NCBI GenBank assembly: GCA_965287045.1
Contig: OZ336871.1
Coordinates: 48,484,001-48,548,000 of the forward strand
Length of the DNA stretch: 64,000 nt
Direction: 5' to 3'
Source: Carcharhinus amblyrhynchos
Taxonomy: Eukaryota
Part shown: piece by piece, positions 1 to 13,524 of the stretch
Position numbering within the stretch: the first letter of the stretch is position 1
How the letters are laid out: every line of letters starts with the position of its first letter
The notes under the pieces: generated by a model
Databases searched by the model: none
What the model was told of the DNA's origin: nothing
The model's input: the letters and a program-made list of their open reading frames with translations, nothing else
Made by a program: the position numbers and the translations under genes

Positions 1-130
1 TGAGCACGGGGAAACCCCTCCCCTGGCAATAGAGCTGCCAGAGGAGACAGAGCCAGGGGGCAGTGCTAGGGGTATTCTCACAGAATTTTGTAGTCACTTC
101 AATGTTTGTGGGTGCAAAATCTTGGTTGGT

Positions 131-200
131 AACTCTGTTTCTCTCTCTCCCAGATGCTGCCAGACCTGCTATGTTCATCTAGCATTTTCTGTTTTTGTTC
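131..200 (+). mobile_element. PLE pLTR remnant (same family as 55510-55602)
   Basis: cagatgctgccagacctgct...agcattttctgtttt. Confidence 0.6.
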
Positions 201-859
201 TTTTTGTTTGCTGAACGGGTTGCAATCACCATTATACATTAATTCCATTTATATTTTAACTATTTCACTTCAGATTTGCTTCTATGGGAGCAAACACAAT
301 TTCTGTGTGTATGTGGACAATAGCACATGTGTTTTATTGATACTTCCCCATTCTCTAAACATACAGAATGTAATGCATAGATTGATGAGGCGACAGACAT
401 GCGCACAACCTATATTGCTTTACTTCAATTTAATTAATAATTCCAGTGAAAATTGTGTTAGGAATGCAAAAGGTTTTTTTGAGTCCCAGTGGGTAATTTA
501 GAATTGTATCATTCTAAAAACTGGTTGCAACTATGAAGGAAAATTTGTACAAGTAACATTTTAAGTTATATATTTGTCAGGAAAAAATGCAATTCCTTGC
601 AAAACCAGAGGGGAGTGATTATAATACCGAGCAGGTATATATGTAAGCCTCCATTATGAGGTTCACAAAACATTACAATACTTTTACACTGGATTTGTGA
701 AATATCTGGAGAAACCGCAAACACAACAACGTTACAGCAGAATCGAGTGACTCACAAAAATTCAATCTTTACACTAGTAGAAATGGGGAGGCAATATATG
801 GCCACTGGAAATAATTTGTAAGAATGTTTCTGAGAGCAACAGTCAAGTAAATTTTGAAG

Positions 860-1410
860 CATTGTTCGAGCCAGCACCAGTACTCTACAAGAGCAGTTCA
901 GCTAGCCTCATTTAACCAGCTTTTCCCTTCAGCTTGCAAAAATTTTATCTTCGTGTATGAATTAATTCCCTTTGAAGCCATGGTTGAATCTGCCTCCACC
1001 ATTCTTTAAGGCAGTACATCCCAGAATCTAACTCGCAACATGTCACCATTAGTTCTTTAGCCAATCATCTTCAATCAGATGCCTCTAGTTCTCAACCCGC
1101 CTGCCAATGAGAACAATTTCTCTTTCTGCCTGTCGAGATGCCTTATAATTTTGAACACTTCGTCAAATCTCCTCTCAACCTTCTCCAGGAATAAAAAACT
1201 CCCATCTTCTCCAATCAATCTTCCTAAGTGAAGTCCCTTATTCCTTCAACAATTCTCAATCTTTTTCCGCATCTTCTAAAGCTTTCACATCTTTACTAAA
1301 ATGTGAGGTGTCCAGAGTGGACACAGTCATCCAGTTGAGGCTGAACCAGTGTTTTTAAAAGGTTCATCATTTCCTTTTTTGTGTGTGCTTCTACAAGTGC
1401 GTTTTAAACC
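860..1410 (-). mobile_element. CR1 LINE 3' fragment
   Basis: Reverse CR1 tail and ORF2 end (gaatctgcctccaccatt..ggcagt, aaatctcctctcaaccttctc). Confidence 0.75.
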
Positions 1411-1904
1411 TGCCATTCCGCCTTGCACGATTTGGCAGATAAGCCCACATGTTTCTCTTTTGTTACACACCTTTAAAATTTTATTGATTATTTTCACCAA
1501 CATTCTCTGGCCTCCCTGCTCTGTTTTTCTTGGTGGGAAGTAGCACATCACTGGCCAGTGGTGGGACTTCTGGGCCCATTGCTATCGATAGGCTTTCCTG
1601 CCCAACGCCACCGGGAAGTATGCAGGGTGGGGGCTGCATCATCAGCAAATCCCACTGGTGTGAAGAAACAGAATTTTACATCCAAAAATGGGACTGTTTC
1701 AATCTGGGGGAAACGCAATATCCAGCGTGATGATACCGGGTCACAAACCTGACATCATCATGCCAGTCAGCAATAAAATGGTGGGTGGATAACCTCCAAA
1801 ATCGGGACCCTGTCTACCATTTTGAAATGAACAATTAACAATAGTTTAAGTCTGTTAATAGTCCAATGAATCTCAAAAAAACGACCCAGATGTCATAATA
1901 GACT

Positions 1905-2130
1905 GGTATGGGGGGGGTAACGTATTAGCAAGAATGATGATTGACTAACTAACAGGAAACAGAGTTGGCAGAAATGGGTCTTTTTCTGGATGGCAATGTG
2001 TAACAAGTGGTGTGTCACAGGGATCAGGCTTGGAAAGTAAATTGTGAAGCGGGCATAAGAAGGCTACAAAGGACATAGGTTAAATAGGTGGACAAAATTC
2101 TGACAAATGGAGTATAATGTGAGAAAATTA
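1905..2130 (+). mobile_element. CR1 RT fragment
   Basis: aacaggaaacagagttgg..aatgggtctttttctggatggcaatgtgtaacaagtggtgtgtcacagggatcag (RKQRV..NGSFSGWQCVTSGVSQGS). Confidence 0.75.
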
Positions 2131-3061
2131 ACTGATATTGTGTTCACAGACAAGTTTCCCAACCCACAAAAACTGAAATGATGACCACCTGTGCTGACAA
2201 GGGCGTACAGCAACCCCCCCACCCCCCAAACGTACCCAAGGTCCCCTTCAGGCACTGGGCAGTTTCAATGGTGCACTGCCCCCTAGTACCCAGGCACTGA
2301 CACCCTGGCCTGATGCCAGTGGGGTCATGAAGGTAAGTCATGTCTCCCTCTGCCTCCACCAGGCTGCAGAGGGAGGACCCCCAAAAGTCCTAGAGTTTAT
2401 GTGGGCTTGGGCTGGGGGCAAGAGACCCTCAGGATGAGGGTCTCGTGGCTGGACTTCTCCTTTTAGCCTTGGAAAAGGTATTGTTCAGTTTCAGGATGGT
2501 GAATTCAGACATCATCTTGGGGTAAGATATTAATTATTTTCTCTGTACTCTAAAACTTTTGTTGTTCTCTGGTCATCTTAATCTCCATACCCATCGGATA
2601 GTGGGAGATTTCCAAATCACCACCACACTCCATTCAGCAAAAGGGATTCCCGTTTCTCTCTAGGAAACTGCAAGTGTGAACAATCCCTTTCAAGTCCTCT
2701 GACTGACAGACGTCACTGTCTTTCACTGGGGCAGGGAGGGGAATTCCCTTCTCCATAGCTGTTCACTCAGCCCTGTTATTTTAATGCAGCATGTATTTCA
2801 AGTCTCTGAGCTTTCACAGAGAGCTAAAAGCCTTTGAGATTCCTTCAAACGCTTTGAAAAACCTTTGTTTCCATTCAATTTCAGTCCAGTCTTTTTAACT
2901 CTCCACTGACAATGATTTTTACTCAGCATGCAGTCAGCTGCATTTCCCTTCATGTTTGAATGCATCTCAAGTACCCACATTGTACCTAACTGCAATGTTT
3001 ACACAAAAAGAGGAACTGAAAAGTACTTGGCTGTTTTGAACTTTCCTCCAGTTGCTTGCGG

Positions 3062-3710
3062 TCATTTAAGACAGATGAGGAAAACCTTTTTCTCTCTAAG
3101 GGTTAAGAGTCCCTGGAACACTCTTCCTCAAAAGTCAGTTGAAGCAGAGTCTTTGAATATATTTAAGGCAGAACTAGATAGATTCTTGATCAGTAAGGGG
3201 GTGAAAGGTTACTGGGGTAATCAGGAAGCTGGGGTAAAAGTTACAAGCTGATGAACCATGATCTTAGAAACATAGAAAATAGAAGCAGGAGTAGGCCATT
3301 CAGCTCTTTGAGACTGTTCCGCCATTCATTATGACCATGGCTGATCATCAAATTCGATATCCTGATCCTGCCTTCCCCCTCTCCCCCATATCCCTTAATT
3401 CTTTCAACACTAAGAGCTATATCTAATTTCTTCTTGAAATCAGGCAATATTTTGGCCTGAACTTCATTCTGTGGTAATGAATTCCACAGATTCACCATTC
3501 CTTGGGTGAAGAAATTTCTCTTCACCACAGCCTTAAAAGGTTTACCCCTTATCCTCAAACTATGACCCTGGTTCTGGACTCCTCCACCATCAGGAACATT
3601 CTTTCTGAATTGACCCTGTCTAATCTTGTCTTATTGAATGGTGGAGCAGGCTTGGCGGGGGGACACATTATCTACTCATGCTCTTAATTCATATGTATAC
3701 TATATATGTA
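3062..3710 (+). mobile_element. CR1 3' end, split by a nested antisense CR1
   Basis: RKTFFSLRVKSPWNTLPQKSVEAESLNIFKAELDRFL; the tail resumes after 3628. Confidence 0.75.
3266..3625 (-). mobile_element. Nested CR1 3' end
   Basis: Minus strand RIRGKPFKAVVKRNFFTQGMVNLWNSLPQ..DFKKKLDIAL, then the tail. Confidence 0.85.
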
Positions 3711-4579
3711 TGTGCTGTGCATCGTGATGCTTCACACTGTCCAGCAGCACACAAGAGAATACCCAATGGAGGCTTCCCAATAGCTCCTATGTACATCTCC
3801 ATAATGGACCCTCACTCACACTTGCAGATATTAAAAGGCCATTTTCTGTACTGACCCCATGTCCTTTGGATGGCCCCAAAGCCACTGATTTCAGCTATGA
3901 CCAGTCAGTTTTAGTCAGGTTGTGAGGGCTCTTCTTTCTATCAGTAAGAATGAGGATTGCTCACCTGACAGGAAGACTCACAAGGAGTCATCATCAGACT
4001 TTGGTGCTGTGCCATCCAATGCTTTCTGCCTCCCAATTCAGCTGGCTTGTTTCTGTCAACCATTAACACAGTTAACACCCTGAGCTCCATATCTCCCAAA
4101 ACACATGAAATTCAGCAGGATTATGGTTCAACTAAATGCAAAGGATTTGCGATCCCTCCTGAAGATCAAGCAGGCTTCTCATCAATAAAAACTGTTGTAA
4201 GTAAAGAGTATTTTTCACTCACTGCTGGCAATGTTTCCAAATATTTACATTCAGCAGAGAAATCTTCTTCCTTTCTTCCAACAGTAATCCCTGATGCACC
4301 TGACACAGTCCTGTGCCAGGGATCCCTTTAAATGAGTAGTCATGGCCTCTCACTTCAGTGTCCTAATGTCCCATCTTCAATGGCTCATTGGGCAAGCAAC
4401 CCATCTTCTGTTGGCCAGCGACCATCTACTGGCTGCTTCCTGGGAGCCAGCAAGCCATGTACGTCTGGATTGGATTCACACCCACTGCAAAGATGGAAAC
4501 TTTAGTCCAGGTCCTGCATGATCCACCTCATTCCCCAGAACCAGATACCGCAAATTAGCAATACTTCCTTCCTCGTCAC

Positions 4580-5930
4580 AGAATCACTACAATGCAGAAG
4601 GACACCGTTCAGCCCATCATGTCTGCCTCAACTCTGAGCAATAGAGCCAATTCTAACACCCCTTCCCCCAAATGCCAATTCTCCATGAGCCTGCACATTC
4701 ATCCTTTGCAAATAACTGTTGAATTCCTCAGTTGAACATGTCTCCACCACAGTCTCAGGCAGTGCATTCCAGGTCTTAATGCCCCACTGCACAAGTTACA
4801 TATTACTTATGCTTCTTTTACAAATCATTTTAAATCTATGCCCTCTCTTTCTTGATCTTTTCATGAGCAGGAATAGTTTTTCCCTATCTACTTTCATGAT
4901 TTGAATATCTCTGTCAAATCTCCTCTCAACCTTCTTTTCTCCAAGGAAAATAGTCCCAACTTCTCCAATATATCTTCATGTCAGAAATTCCTTATCACTG
5001 GAGTAATATTTGTAAATCGTTTCTTAACATCTTTCCTCAAGTGAGGTGCCCAGAATAAGATGCAATGCTCAAGTTGAAACCGAACTCGTGGCTTATTCAA
5101 GTTCCACGTAATCTCTTTGCTCTATGCTCCCTATTGAAAAAGCCGAGTTTGCTGTATGCTTTTTAACTGTTCTCTCAACCTGTCCTGCCACCTTTTTGAA
5201 TCATGCACATATTCATCCAGGTCCCCCACTCCTGCACCTACTTTAGAGTTGTACTCTTCATTTTATATTGCCTCTTCATGTTCTTCCTACCAAAATGATC
5301 TGCCCATTCCACCAACTTAATTATGTCTTTTTGAAGTTCAACACTTCCCTCCTAACAGATCACAATGTTTGCCTTTTTCATATCATCAGCAAATTTTGAA
5401 ATTGTGATCTGTACGTCAAGGCCTAGGTCATTACTATATATAAGGAAAAGGAAGATTTCCAACACTGAGAACTCCCCTTCAGATCTTCCTTTAACTGAAA
5501 AACATCCATTCACCACCATCCACTGTTTCTTATCCAAGTTGTCACTTTTAATTCCATGAGTTATAACATTTGCTCACAGGTCTATCATATTAATAATCCA
5601 ACAAATGTCTTTTGAAGTCCATGCGTAACACATCAAAAATGTCACTGCCAGAAACCCTTGCTGTCACCCCTTTAAAAAGCTCCAGCAAGTTAGTTTAAGA
5701 AATCCATGCTGGCTTTACTTAATTAACCTACTTTTGACCAAGTGATTATTAATTTTGTTCCAGATGAAGTTGCCTGAAGTTCAACTGAATGGCCTGTAGT
5801 TGCTTGGCTTATCTTTGTGTCTTTTTTTGAATGAAGTGTAACAGTTGCGATTTGCCGGCCCTCTGGCACCTCTCTTGAGATTACAGGAGACTGAAAAATG
5901 ATGGCCGATACTTCCATAATTTCCACTGGG
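4580..5930 (-). mobile_element. Decayed CR1 LINE (RT to 3' tail)
   Basis: Minus strand FLIYSNDLGLDVQITISKFADD and tail gatgggctgaacggtgtccttctgcattgtagtgattctgtga. Confidence 0.85.
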
Positions 5931-7899
5931 CTGGTAATGTGCTAATCAAGTAATTCTCCCAAGCACATAACAAAAACTCTTCCCCTCCTCGTTCCTTTAC
6001 ACAATTACTACCCCAGCCTCTATTAGGTCAATTCAAATCCCACATTATCATTAGCCAATGGTTTTTGCACCCCCTTGAATTTCCCTGCAAAATTTCATCT
6101 CTCTCTCTGATTATTGCTGGCTGTAGTGCACCCTGTAGTGTTATGACCCTTCTGTTGTTCCTTAACGTTAAGCATATATACTCTGTCCTTATCTGTCCAG
6201 GACCTCCATTCTCCCAAGCACTGTATTTTTCTCTTCAATTAACACTCCTATCTTGCCTGAACACCTTATATGTAGAAATATTTGTCACCCAATCCTGGAC
6301 TTTCTTGAACCAATTCTCTGGTAGCCCCACAACATGATTTTCATCTGGCTTTCTGCACCCATAGCTCAAACACGTCATGCAATCACACAAGTGCATTTGG
6401 GCCTTATCTTATGCCCTCTTAGTCTGATCCCACCTGATATCCTACTATTTCTCATCCAAGTGTTTTTTGTCTTTATTTCCATTTCTAATGCCACATGCTA
6501 GTACGCACCCCCCTGCCAAACTGCCCCAAAAAGCATCAGCCCCAGCTTTGTTAAGCGTTATTTGTGAGAGTGTACAACATGATTATAAATAGCATTAATC
6601 TCCTAGGTAGGTTGTTATTCATAAAATGATTGTTTTTTTTTAAACACAGGACTTTGTGCATAATAAGGTACAAATGGTGTCTACAGTAGGATTTTATTTC
6701 CAAGTAACAAAAAGGAGATTTGTGTGGTCGATGGTAATAAAACTTCTAACTGTAGCTGTGATGGCTTTAATTGATTTTTGCTGGATCATTTCACATCTTG
6801 TATGATTTAAAACAGCTGTTAGCATTTATGGTTTCAGAAAAGAAATGAGGTTTAATATGAACTTTTAGACAAAAATTTATTATTGTAGAGGAAGGAAAGG
6901 ATTATACTTTAATGTTTTGTAGGAGTAAAAGAAACGACAGGCTTCATTACAATAAATGGGATTATAAACCATTACTTTAGGCATTGGCTTACTTCCCAAT
7001 ATAAAGCATTCTTCTTCTGGTGGGTATTCTGCACAGGTTGCTGTAAATCCATTAGTGCTCAGTACTCTGTTCTTTAATTTTACCCAACACAGCAGGTCAA
7101 TATAATTTTTGTACACAAACTTTTATTTTCTGGTCAATTGAAATCCCAGGAGACTGCTATAGCAGCACAGCATGCAGGCCTCTCTCACTCTGCCGCCACT
7201 AAGGCAACACCTGACAGAGACACTGGCTAGATTTATAAGCATATACTCCACACCTGGAGATGCACCATCTCCAGACATCATCTTGCCTCTTCCGTATTTC
7301 CCTTGGGTCTAGTGGGGAAACAATGAAGGCAATTAAGATCCTGTGCAGTCCTGAATTCATTCTTTTACAGGCATTACGCTGGCTCCATGCTGTGTCTGCA
7401 CCTCACTGGGTTGAAGAAGTTATGTGCACAATCGGAACTGACTTGATAGTAAGATTGAATTCCAGAGCTAGTACTGACAGAAGCAATCCCAATCAGCTTG
7501 AATTCACTAAATTAGCTGATGACTGAAACTTTGCCCAACAATTATCAAGATTCCACCAAGGGTAATCTTGCCATGCCTGTGAGACTTGACCATTCCATGT
7601 GAATGACGTATGCTGCAGTTATTTGGAACTTTTTGGAGGTACTGCAGCTTTCTGCACCCCACCGGCTGCCATAATAGGGGATCTTCTTCTGTGCAATCTT
7701 CTCCACAGGCACGTGCAGTCACATGGATGGACACAGAGCAGCACTTTGAAAGAGCCAATGTAATGAGCACAGATTGTAAAGGGTCAGCTTCCACAATTTC
7801 TCTCAATGACAGTGCCTAAGAATGCTTGGGCTCTCACAACAGGCCATCATAGACGTTGGCGTTTTTTTTTGAAAGTAGGTCCCCATCCTAGAGGAGCAG

Positions 7900-8603
7900 A
7901 AAACCTCACGTTGCCTTTACTGTCAAGATGACCACAATCTCAATGTCTTCACATTTGGGTTCTCCCAGGGATTTGCTGAATACGTTATAGGACCTCACAT
8001 CTCAGAGCCACAGCTGCATCAGCCGGATCAATGATACTTTGTTTGCAAATCCTTCCAATTCTATCAATTTTGACATCGAATAATGCTAGTCAAACCCAGA
8101 GAGCTATCAGCTTTGCTTTGCTCACAAGATTTCCAAAGCTCCAGAGGGTGACTAATTGCACTTGTGACAAACAAGGTGCTAATAGACCAACTAGGTGTCT
8201 TCATTAATCAGAATGACTTCCGTTGCCTTAACATGCAGCTGGTCTGTGACCACTGCAAGAGCACAAGGGAAATCTGTGGCATGCATTCAGGGAACATCCT
8301 TAGGCAGCCTTGGGTCCCACAGGTGTTGTCTCCATCAGACCACCTCAGCTCCAAAGAGACAAGGTCTGGCTGATGGTCCAAATGAGGATTTGGACGTGCT
8401 CGTCAATATACCCAGCTCCCGGGTCGTTATTCTTCTATAGCCTTTGCCACATGGTGGGCTGAGAGGACTGGAGTTGGTGCCAGTGGAAGATGAGGGCACT
8501 CGGAGGAGGAGGAAAAGCCTGATGTGCTTGTGATTATACAACAATTGAAAATCCACCTGTCAGAGATGCTCATGATGGACTCATTTAGGTTTGCTTCACA
8601 TGA
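7900..8603 (+). pseudogene. Decayed PIF/Harbinger (HARBI1-like) transposase
   Basis: Frameshifted segments such as SCISRINDTLFA..SQTQRAISFA..FPKLQRVTNCT and FINQNDFRCLNMQLVCDH..ILRQPWVPQ resemble the Harbinger transposase motifs (GFPxVQGVIDCTHV, FINRKGFHSLNVQLVCDH). Confidence 0.8.
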
Positions 8604-9257
8604 AAAGCGTGCTTGCAGAATCACAAGCTTTTCATCAAGAGCCATGTGCAATCTTCCCCTCCCCCTTCATGAGATAGCCCCCTCCCCCCACCCTCTCAAC
8701 AATCTACTCCCAACTATCACCCAGACTTCAGCCAAGCTGATCATTCCATTTACCGGAATTAAACTGACCAAGGTAAATGAGAAACGAGGTTGGGGATGTG
8801 GGTGCAACAAGGTAAAGGGAATGAGTAGTTCACGTAAACTCATTCTTCCATTGTAATAAAGAGCATTAAAGGAATATTGTTATAAACACCCAAATTAATC
8901 CCTTTGAGGAACTAAGGCATCTTTCCCTTACACAGTGTGTTATTCTTATGGATTTAGTTGAACTGGAATTAGACTGCTCTTTCCTCTGCTCTGACAAATG
9001 AAATGCTTGTCGTGGGTGTACTCTTTCTGAGGTGCTTTGAGAGTCCCAGCAAAGACCGTCTCACTCACACCTGTGCAGGGGTAAACTCTGTTATCAAGTG
9101 TGGGATCTGTCTGGGGTGGGGATTGGGTGGATGAGCTGAGAAATGGGACATCTGTGGTTGGAATTCAGGGAACATCCTTAGGCAGCCTTGGGTCCCACAG
9201 GTGTTGTCTCCAACAGACCACCTCAGCTCCAAAGAGACAAGATCTGGCTGATGGTCC
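8285..9257 (+). repeat. 95-bp direct repeat pair (8285-8379 and 9163-9257)
   Basis: 2 mismatches in 95 nt by eye alignment. Confidence 0.9.
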
Positions 9258-9599
9258 CAGTAAAAAGAGCTTCCACTACCACGTGCTCTTTCTCCATCTT
9301 CCCCCTCACAACCCACTGCCTTCAGGGTGGCCATGGCTACAGATCCACTCTTGGCTCCCTGACTCTTCCAGGAGTTCTGGGCTTTCTTGATCAGAGTGAG
9401 AGAAGTGAAGTGAGTGCTGAGAATGGAGGATGAAGATTTGAGGAAAATAGCTGTGAAGAATGTGAGAGAGAGGATGAGCTTGCGCATGAGTAGTGTCTGC
9501 TATGATGGAAGCTTTGCGGAAGATCTGGAAAGAAAATAATGTGGTCAGAATGTGGTTCAGGAGAATGCTGGAGAAAGCGATGGTTACCAGCTGAGAATT

Positions 9600-9690
9600 G
9601 TAGGACACTCACCTTGCCAATCCTCATGAGATACTTAAATACTTTTTGGTACTGCATCGAGGTCCTGGACACCACACTTTAGCTGCTCAC
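9600..9690 (-). pseudogene. Myb/SANT-like partner gene fragment of the same Harbinger element
   Basis: Minus strand SVVSRTSMQYQKVFKYLMRIGK followed by a gtgagt donor, resembling the RTxxQCRKxFNDL motif; convergent with the transposase. Confidence 0.6.
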
Positions 9691-9829
9691 TGTTTCTGCT
9701 GTTTGCAGCATGCCTGCTTGCTGAGGCTATTTAGCATTGACCTACTTGGTGAAGAAAACTCTTCTTCTTGCCCTGACCATGCCTGTTACGTTTAGTGATT
9801 TTTTTTGTACTTGGAATATGTGACTTTTT

Positions 9830-10100
9830 TATGCCAACCAAATTAAACAAAGTCAAGGACAAAGCAAGAAAGGCAGCCCTCAAAATGATGAGACCCACCC
9901 AACCCAAAAAAACAAAGCAGGAAAGAAACTTCAAACATTAAATCAAAATATGACTACAGGGGTCAGTAATACACCTCAGTCGCTACGGTGCCCGATGAGT
10001 ACGGAAGGCCTTGATGGTGCCCTCATACACCATATGGTCCCTCTCCAGGAACACACGGTCATGAATATAGCCACAGTAGGGGGTAGACAGTCAGGTTGAA
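9830..10100 (-). mobile_element. Tx1-type LINE 3' fragment
   Basis: Minus strand GYIHDRVFLERDHMVYEGTIKAFRTHRAP*RLRCITDP, resembling the Tx1 ORF2 C-terminus, followed by a T-rich 3' UTR. Confidence 0.65.
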
Positions 10101-11699
10101 CAACTATGTGACTTCACCGGTCAAAGCAATAGTGAATACTGGTATCTCAATTAATACAGTTTGCAGACTCTTGTCATTGCATCATCCAATGGTACACATT
10201 TCAAAAATAACTAAAGTATTTGCTCTGTAGAATGATAAGTTTTCTTCCATTGTAAGCATAGAATGGGTTCTGTCAGCTATAAAATAAACCTGGATATGAT
10301 AATGATCATTATGCTAAAGTTTTAGGAAGAACAAATCTTAAATTGCATGCCTCCTTTAGAATTCCCTTGTTGCTATGCTGGTCCAGTGCAAGAGATGTGA
10401 AGAATAATAAATTGAGCTGTGCCTCATCTATTCATTTCTTGAAATCACCAACTCTGAGACTTTGCAAACTTACTGGCTGCAATTTCACTTTGAAGCATTT
10501 GTGGTATACTCTGGACTTCAAAAAATACTGTTGAAACCTCCTAATTCATTACAGTTGACTGAAGAATCAGACCTCAGCGACAACCAATTCGGCTTTCATT
10601 CAAAACAAAGTGTGTGCAGATTGAGGGAGAGCAAAAATAGAAAAGGAAGTGCAGAGAAATGAACAAAAAACAGGAGAGAGAAAAGTAGTGAGAGTGTGGT
10701 TAAGAAAAATAACAAAATGTGCTGGCCTTTCAGTGCTAAATGACTGAATGCAGCAAATGAAAGCATTTATGTTCCTTTTTTTGTTTTGTAATAAAGATTA
10801 CTTTGGTTAAATTTAAAACTACTCCATTCACCTTTTGAGGATGGTCTTCAGCTCTTGAATGGAAATCATCTTATTGACAAAGAAAAAGTTCAGATTCCTT
10901 GGTGGCTTTTGAATTTTTCTGACCCATTAATATATTCATCAAGTTCACTGGTGAACCAGAGTGAAAATAGTGTCTCCAAGAGAAAATAAATCACTGATCA
11001 GCAGCTTAGCATTTATTGCTGTTATTATCCATTCGGTATAACTTGCACCTGTCGATGCCCTTCACGTTCACAACAACCAGACAAATCGCCTCAGCGTTTA
11101 TGATTGTTAGCCTGGCTTTTCCATCCCTATTCATATGGATATCATTAAGGTTATGTCGCTGTGCGGTCTGATTTGGGGAGATTTCTCATTCTTTACAACG
11201 CAAATTCAAATGAACCAGGGGTTGGCTGTTGTGTGTGTGTGTTTTGTTTGAAAGGTCTCTTGCATATTTACCAAAGAATAGCTTTCCCACAGGGTTCAAG
11301 TGTAGTATTACTGCACTTTACTGTGACTAAGGTCAGAAATGGTTTCTTTGTGATACAGAAGTAGCCAGGGTAAGATGGCTTATTGATCAAGTTTATGTAC
11401 AACTTTGTTCATTCATGTTTTATAGAGCTCTATTTAGGCTCATTTGTCTCACAAAACACATTATTGACTGTGGGGGTGGGGTGGAGGATTCAGCTACTGC
11501 CTCTCAAACAAAGAGCAACATGAAATACACAGCAATCAGTTCTGAGGTCCAAATTTGCAAGTGATATATTATCTGTGTGACATGCAAGCGAAGTAGAACT
11601 GATGGATAGTCGAAGTAGATTAACTTTGACCAAGGATATCAGGAATGGCTGTCAGGAGAATAGAAATCTGCTTTAGTCCATGAAGGACCATAAGCATCT

Positions 11700-11875
11700 C
11701 TTCATCAGAGAGGGACAATTGGTTTTGTAGCTTGAGGGTCAACACTCCACATCAAGCATGGGACAAGGCAAGGAGATAACCCTGCATGAACCACCACAAG
11801 CAATATCAGGATTGAAATTAGCTGTTGGCATCATTCTGCATACACTGTCTTGCTCTCCAGCCATTGAGCTAACCA
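11700..11875 (-). mobile_element. tRNA-derived SINE fragment
   Basis: Minus strand begins ggttagctcaatggctgg..tgcagaatgatgccaacagc. Confidence 0.55.
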
Positions 11876-12199
11876 ATCAAGAGGAAACTCAGGAGAAATC
11901 ACTATTTTTTAATGGAAGATTCAATACAGTGTGATTTCTTTTTATTGAGAATGTTGTCAGAAAATTGAAAGGAAAAATTTGCAGAGGAAAGAGCAGGGGA
12001 GTCGAACAGATTGGATAGTTCTTACAAAGGAGATGGCCTAGGCACAAAGGGCTGAATGGCCCCCTTCTGTATTTTATAATGGAGTCTACACCATTAGTCT
12101 TTAATACAAACATGTTTGTTAATGATGACTATCACAGCAATAGAAAAAAGACCAAGTAGTCTGTGTTAGTCATGTTGTCCAGAATACTAGAAGACCCCC

Positions 12200-12400
12200 T
12201 CTGTTCCTTTACATATAGAGCCATTGATTTTTTTTTTACATCCATTTGAAAGGAAAGTTACACCTCAGTTTAACATCTCATCTGAAAGTTATCATTGCCA
12301 CAAATGTAGTACTCCCATATATTGTCAGCTGGATTTGTGTTCAAGACTCTGTGTGGGACTTGAAGACAAGATCATCTGATTCAGAGATAAGAACACCAGG
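12200..12400 (-). mobile_element. SacSINE1-like DeuSINE fragment
   Basis: cctcagtttaacatctcatctgaaag...tgtgttcaagactctg..tgggacttgaa..tctgattcagag resembles the reverse Deu domain and tRNA head. Confidence 0.65.
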
Positions 12401-13524
12401 ACAATAATGGCATTATCCCTATTTTACAGATCTGAATTTAGCTATCGCACAATGATCATTATCACTTTGATCGACATTAAGACCCCAATATCCTGATTCC
12501 AACTCTGACCAGCAAACCCAGCAAATTGAGCCAGACTTAACCTTCATCTGAACTTTCTAGGTAGTTGTTCTTGGATCTGTGTTCATGGCCATTGGAACAT
12601 CTCTAAGAACCTAACCGTTGCTGTGTTGCCATCGCCTAACAAGGTTAAAGACAAATTCCTAATGGAAAATTGTGCGAGAGAGTCAGTCAACTCTTAAGGT
12701 CATTAATCTCCCTGCACTTCTTGGTGTTTGAGTAATTTATATAATATGTGCAAAAAGGATTAAAATATTAGCATTTCTTAAAACAATTCCAAGGCTACAA
12801 AGTACAATGTCGGAGTTTCTTTTCCTGGGAGGTGAGGCAGAGAACAAGGGGCAAATTGGGAGGGGCACATTGGGCACAAGGGGAGATTTGGAAAGTGAAA
12901 AAGGACAAGGTATTAATGTAGGGTACCGGAGATGATGATAACAAGAAGGTGAAAAGAAGGACAGAGCGTAGAAACATGAAAACATGCAAGAAATAATGGT
13001 CAGAGTAGTGAAAATGGCTATGACCTAACCGTGGGGTGAGGGCAATGTGGATGGGTTCAAGTAAAGGGAGATTTGGAAATCCAAAGATAGAAGTTGAGGC
13101 AATAGAGAAGTATATCAATGTGGGTAAAGACAAGCTGAGTGGGATTGGAGGGGGCAGACATATGTAGCAGGGAAAGCTACAACACATCTCTTTAACCAAT
13201 CAGCATGAAGTATCTACACTGAGACACGGGCCACCAAGTTGGTCAGGAGATGGAAATGTGTGCACGCATTACATGCAAAATTAACACCCATTGCTTCAGA
13301 TGTAAACAGCATGCAAACTTATTGCTTCTGAAACAATATTGTTGTAAGAAGATAATTTTCAAAAAAATATAAAGCAACCTTCTCCATAGCCTTCTGGGAC
13401 ATGAGCCCTCTGTGTACAGTCAGCACCAATTGGAGTTGAACTATTTTTATTACAATATAATAATGTAGATTTTCAAATATTGTATCTTGATGCAACACAA
13501 GCTGTACCTCTGGAAGAGCAACAT

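Noticed and set aside
6650-6667. AG/GT-bounded 18-nt micro-exon candidate
   Set aside because: In the ADAMTS16 phase it reads G-L-C-A-stop, has no homology, and such sites arise by chance.
7515-7532. CTGATGA..GAAA hammerhead-like string
   Set aside because: No room for stem II. Other CUGANGA hits (28170, 40497, 60662) lack GAAA or the stems.
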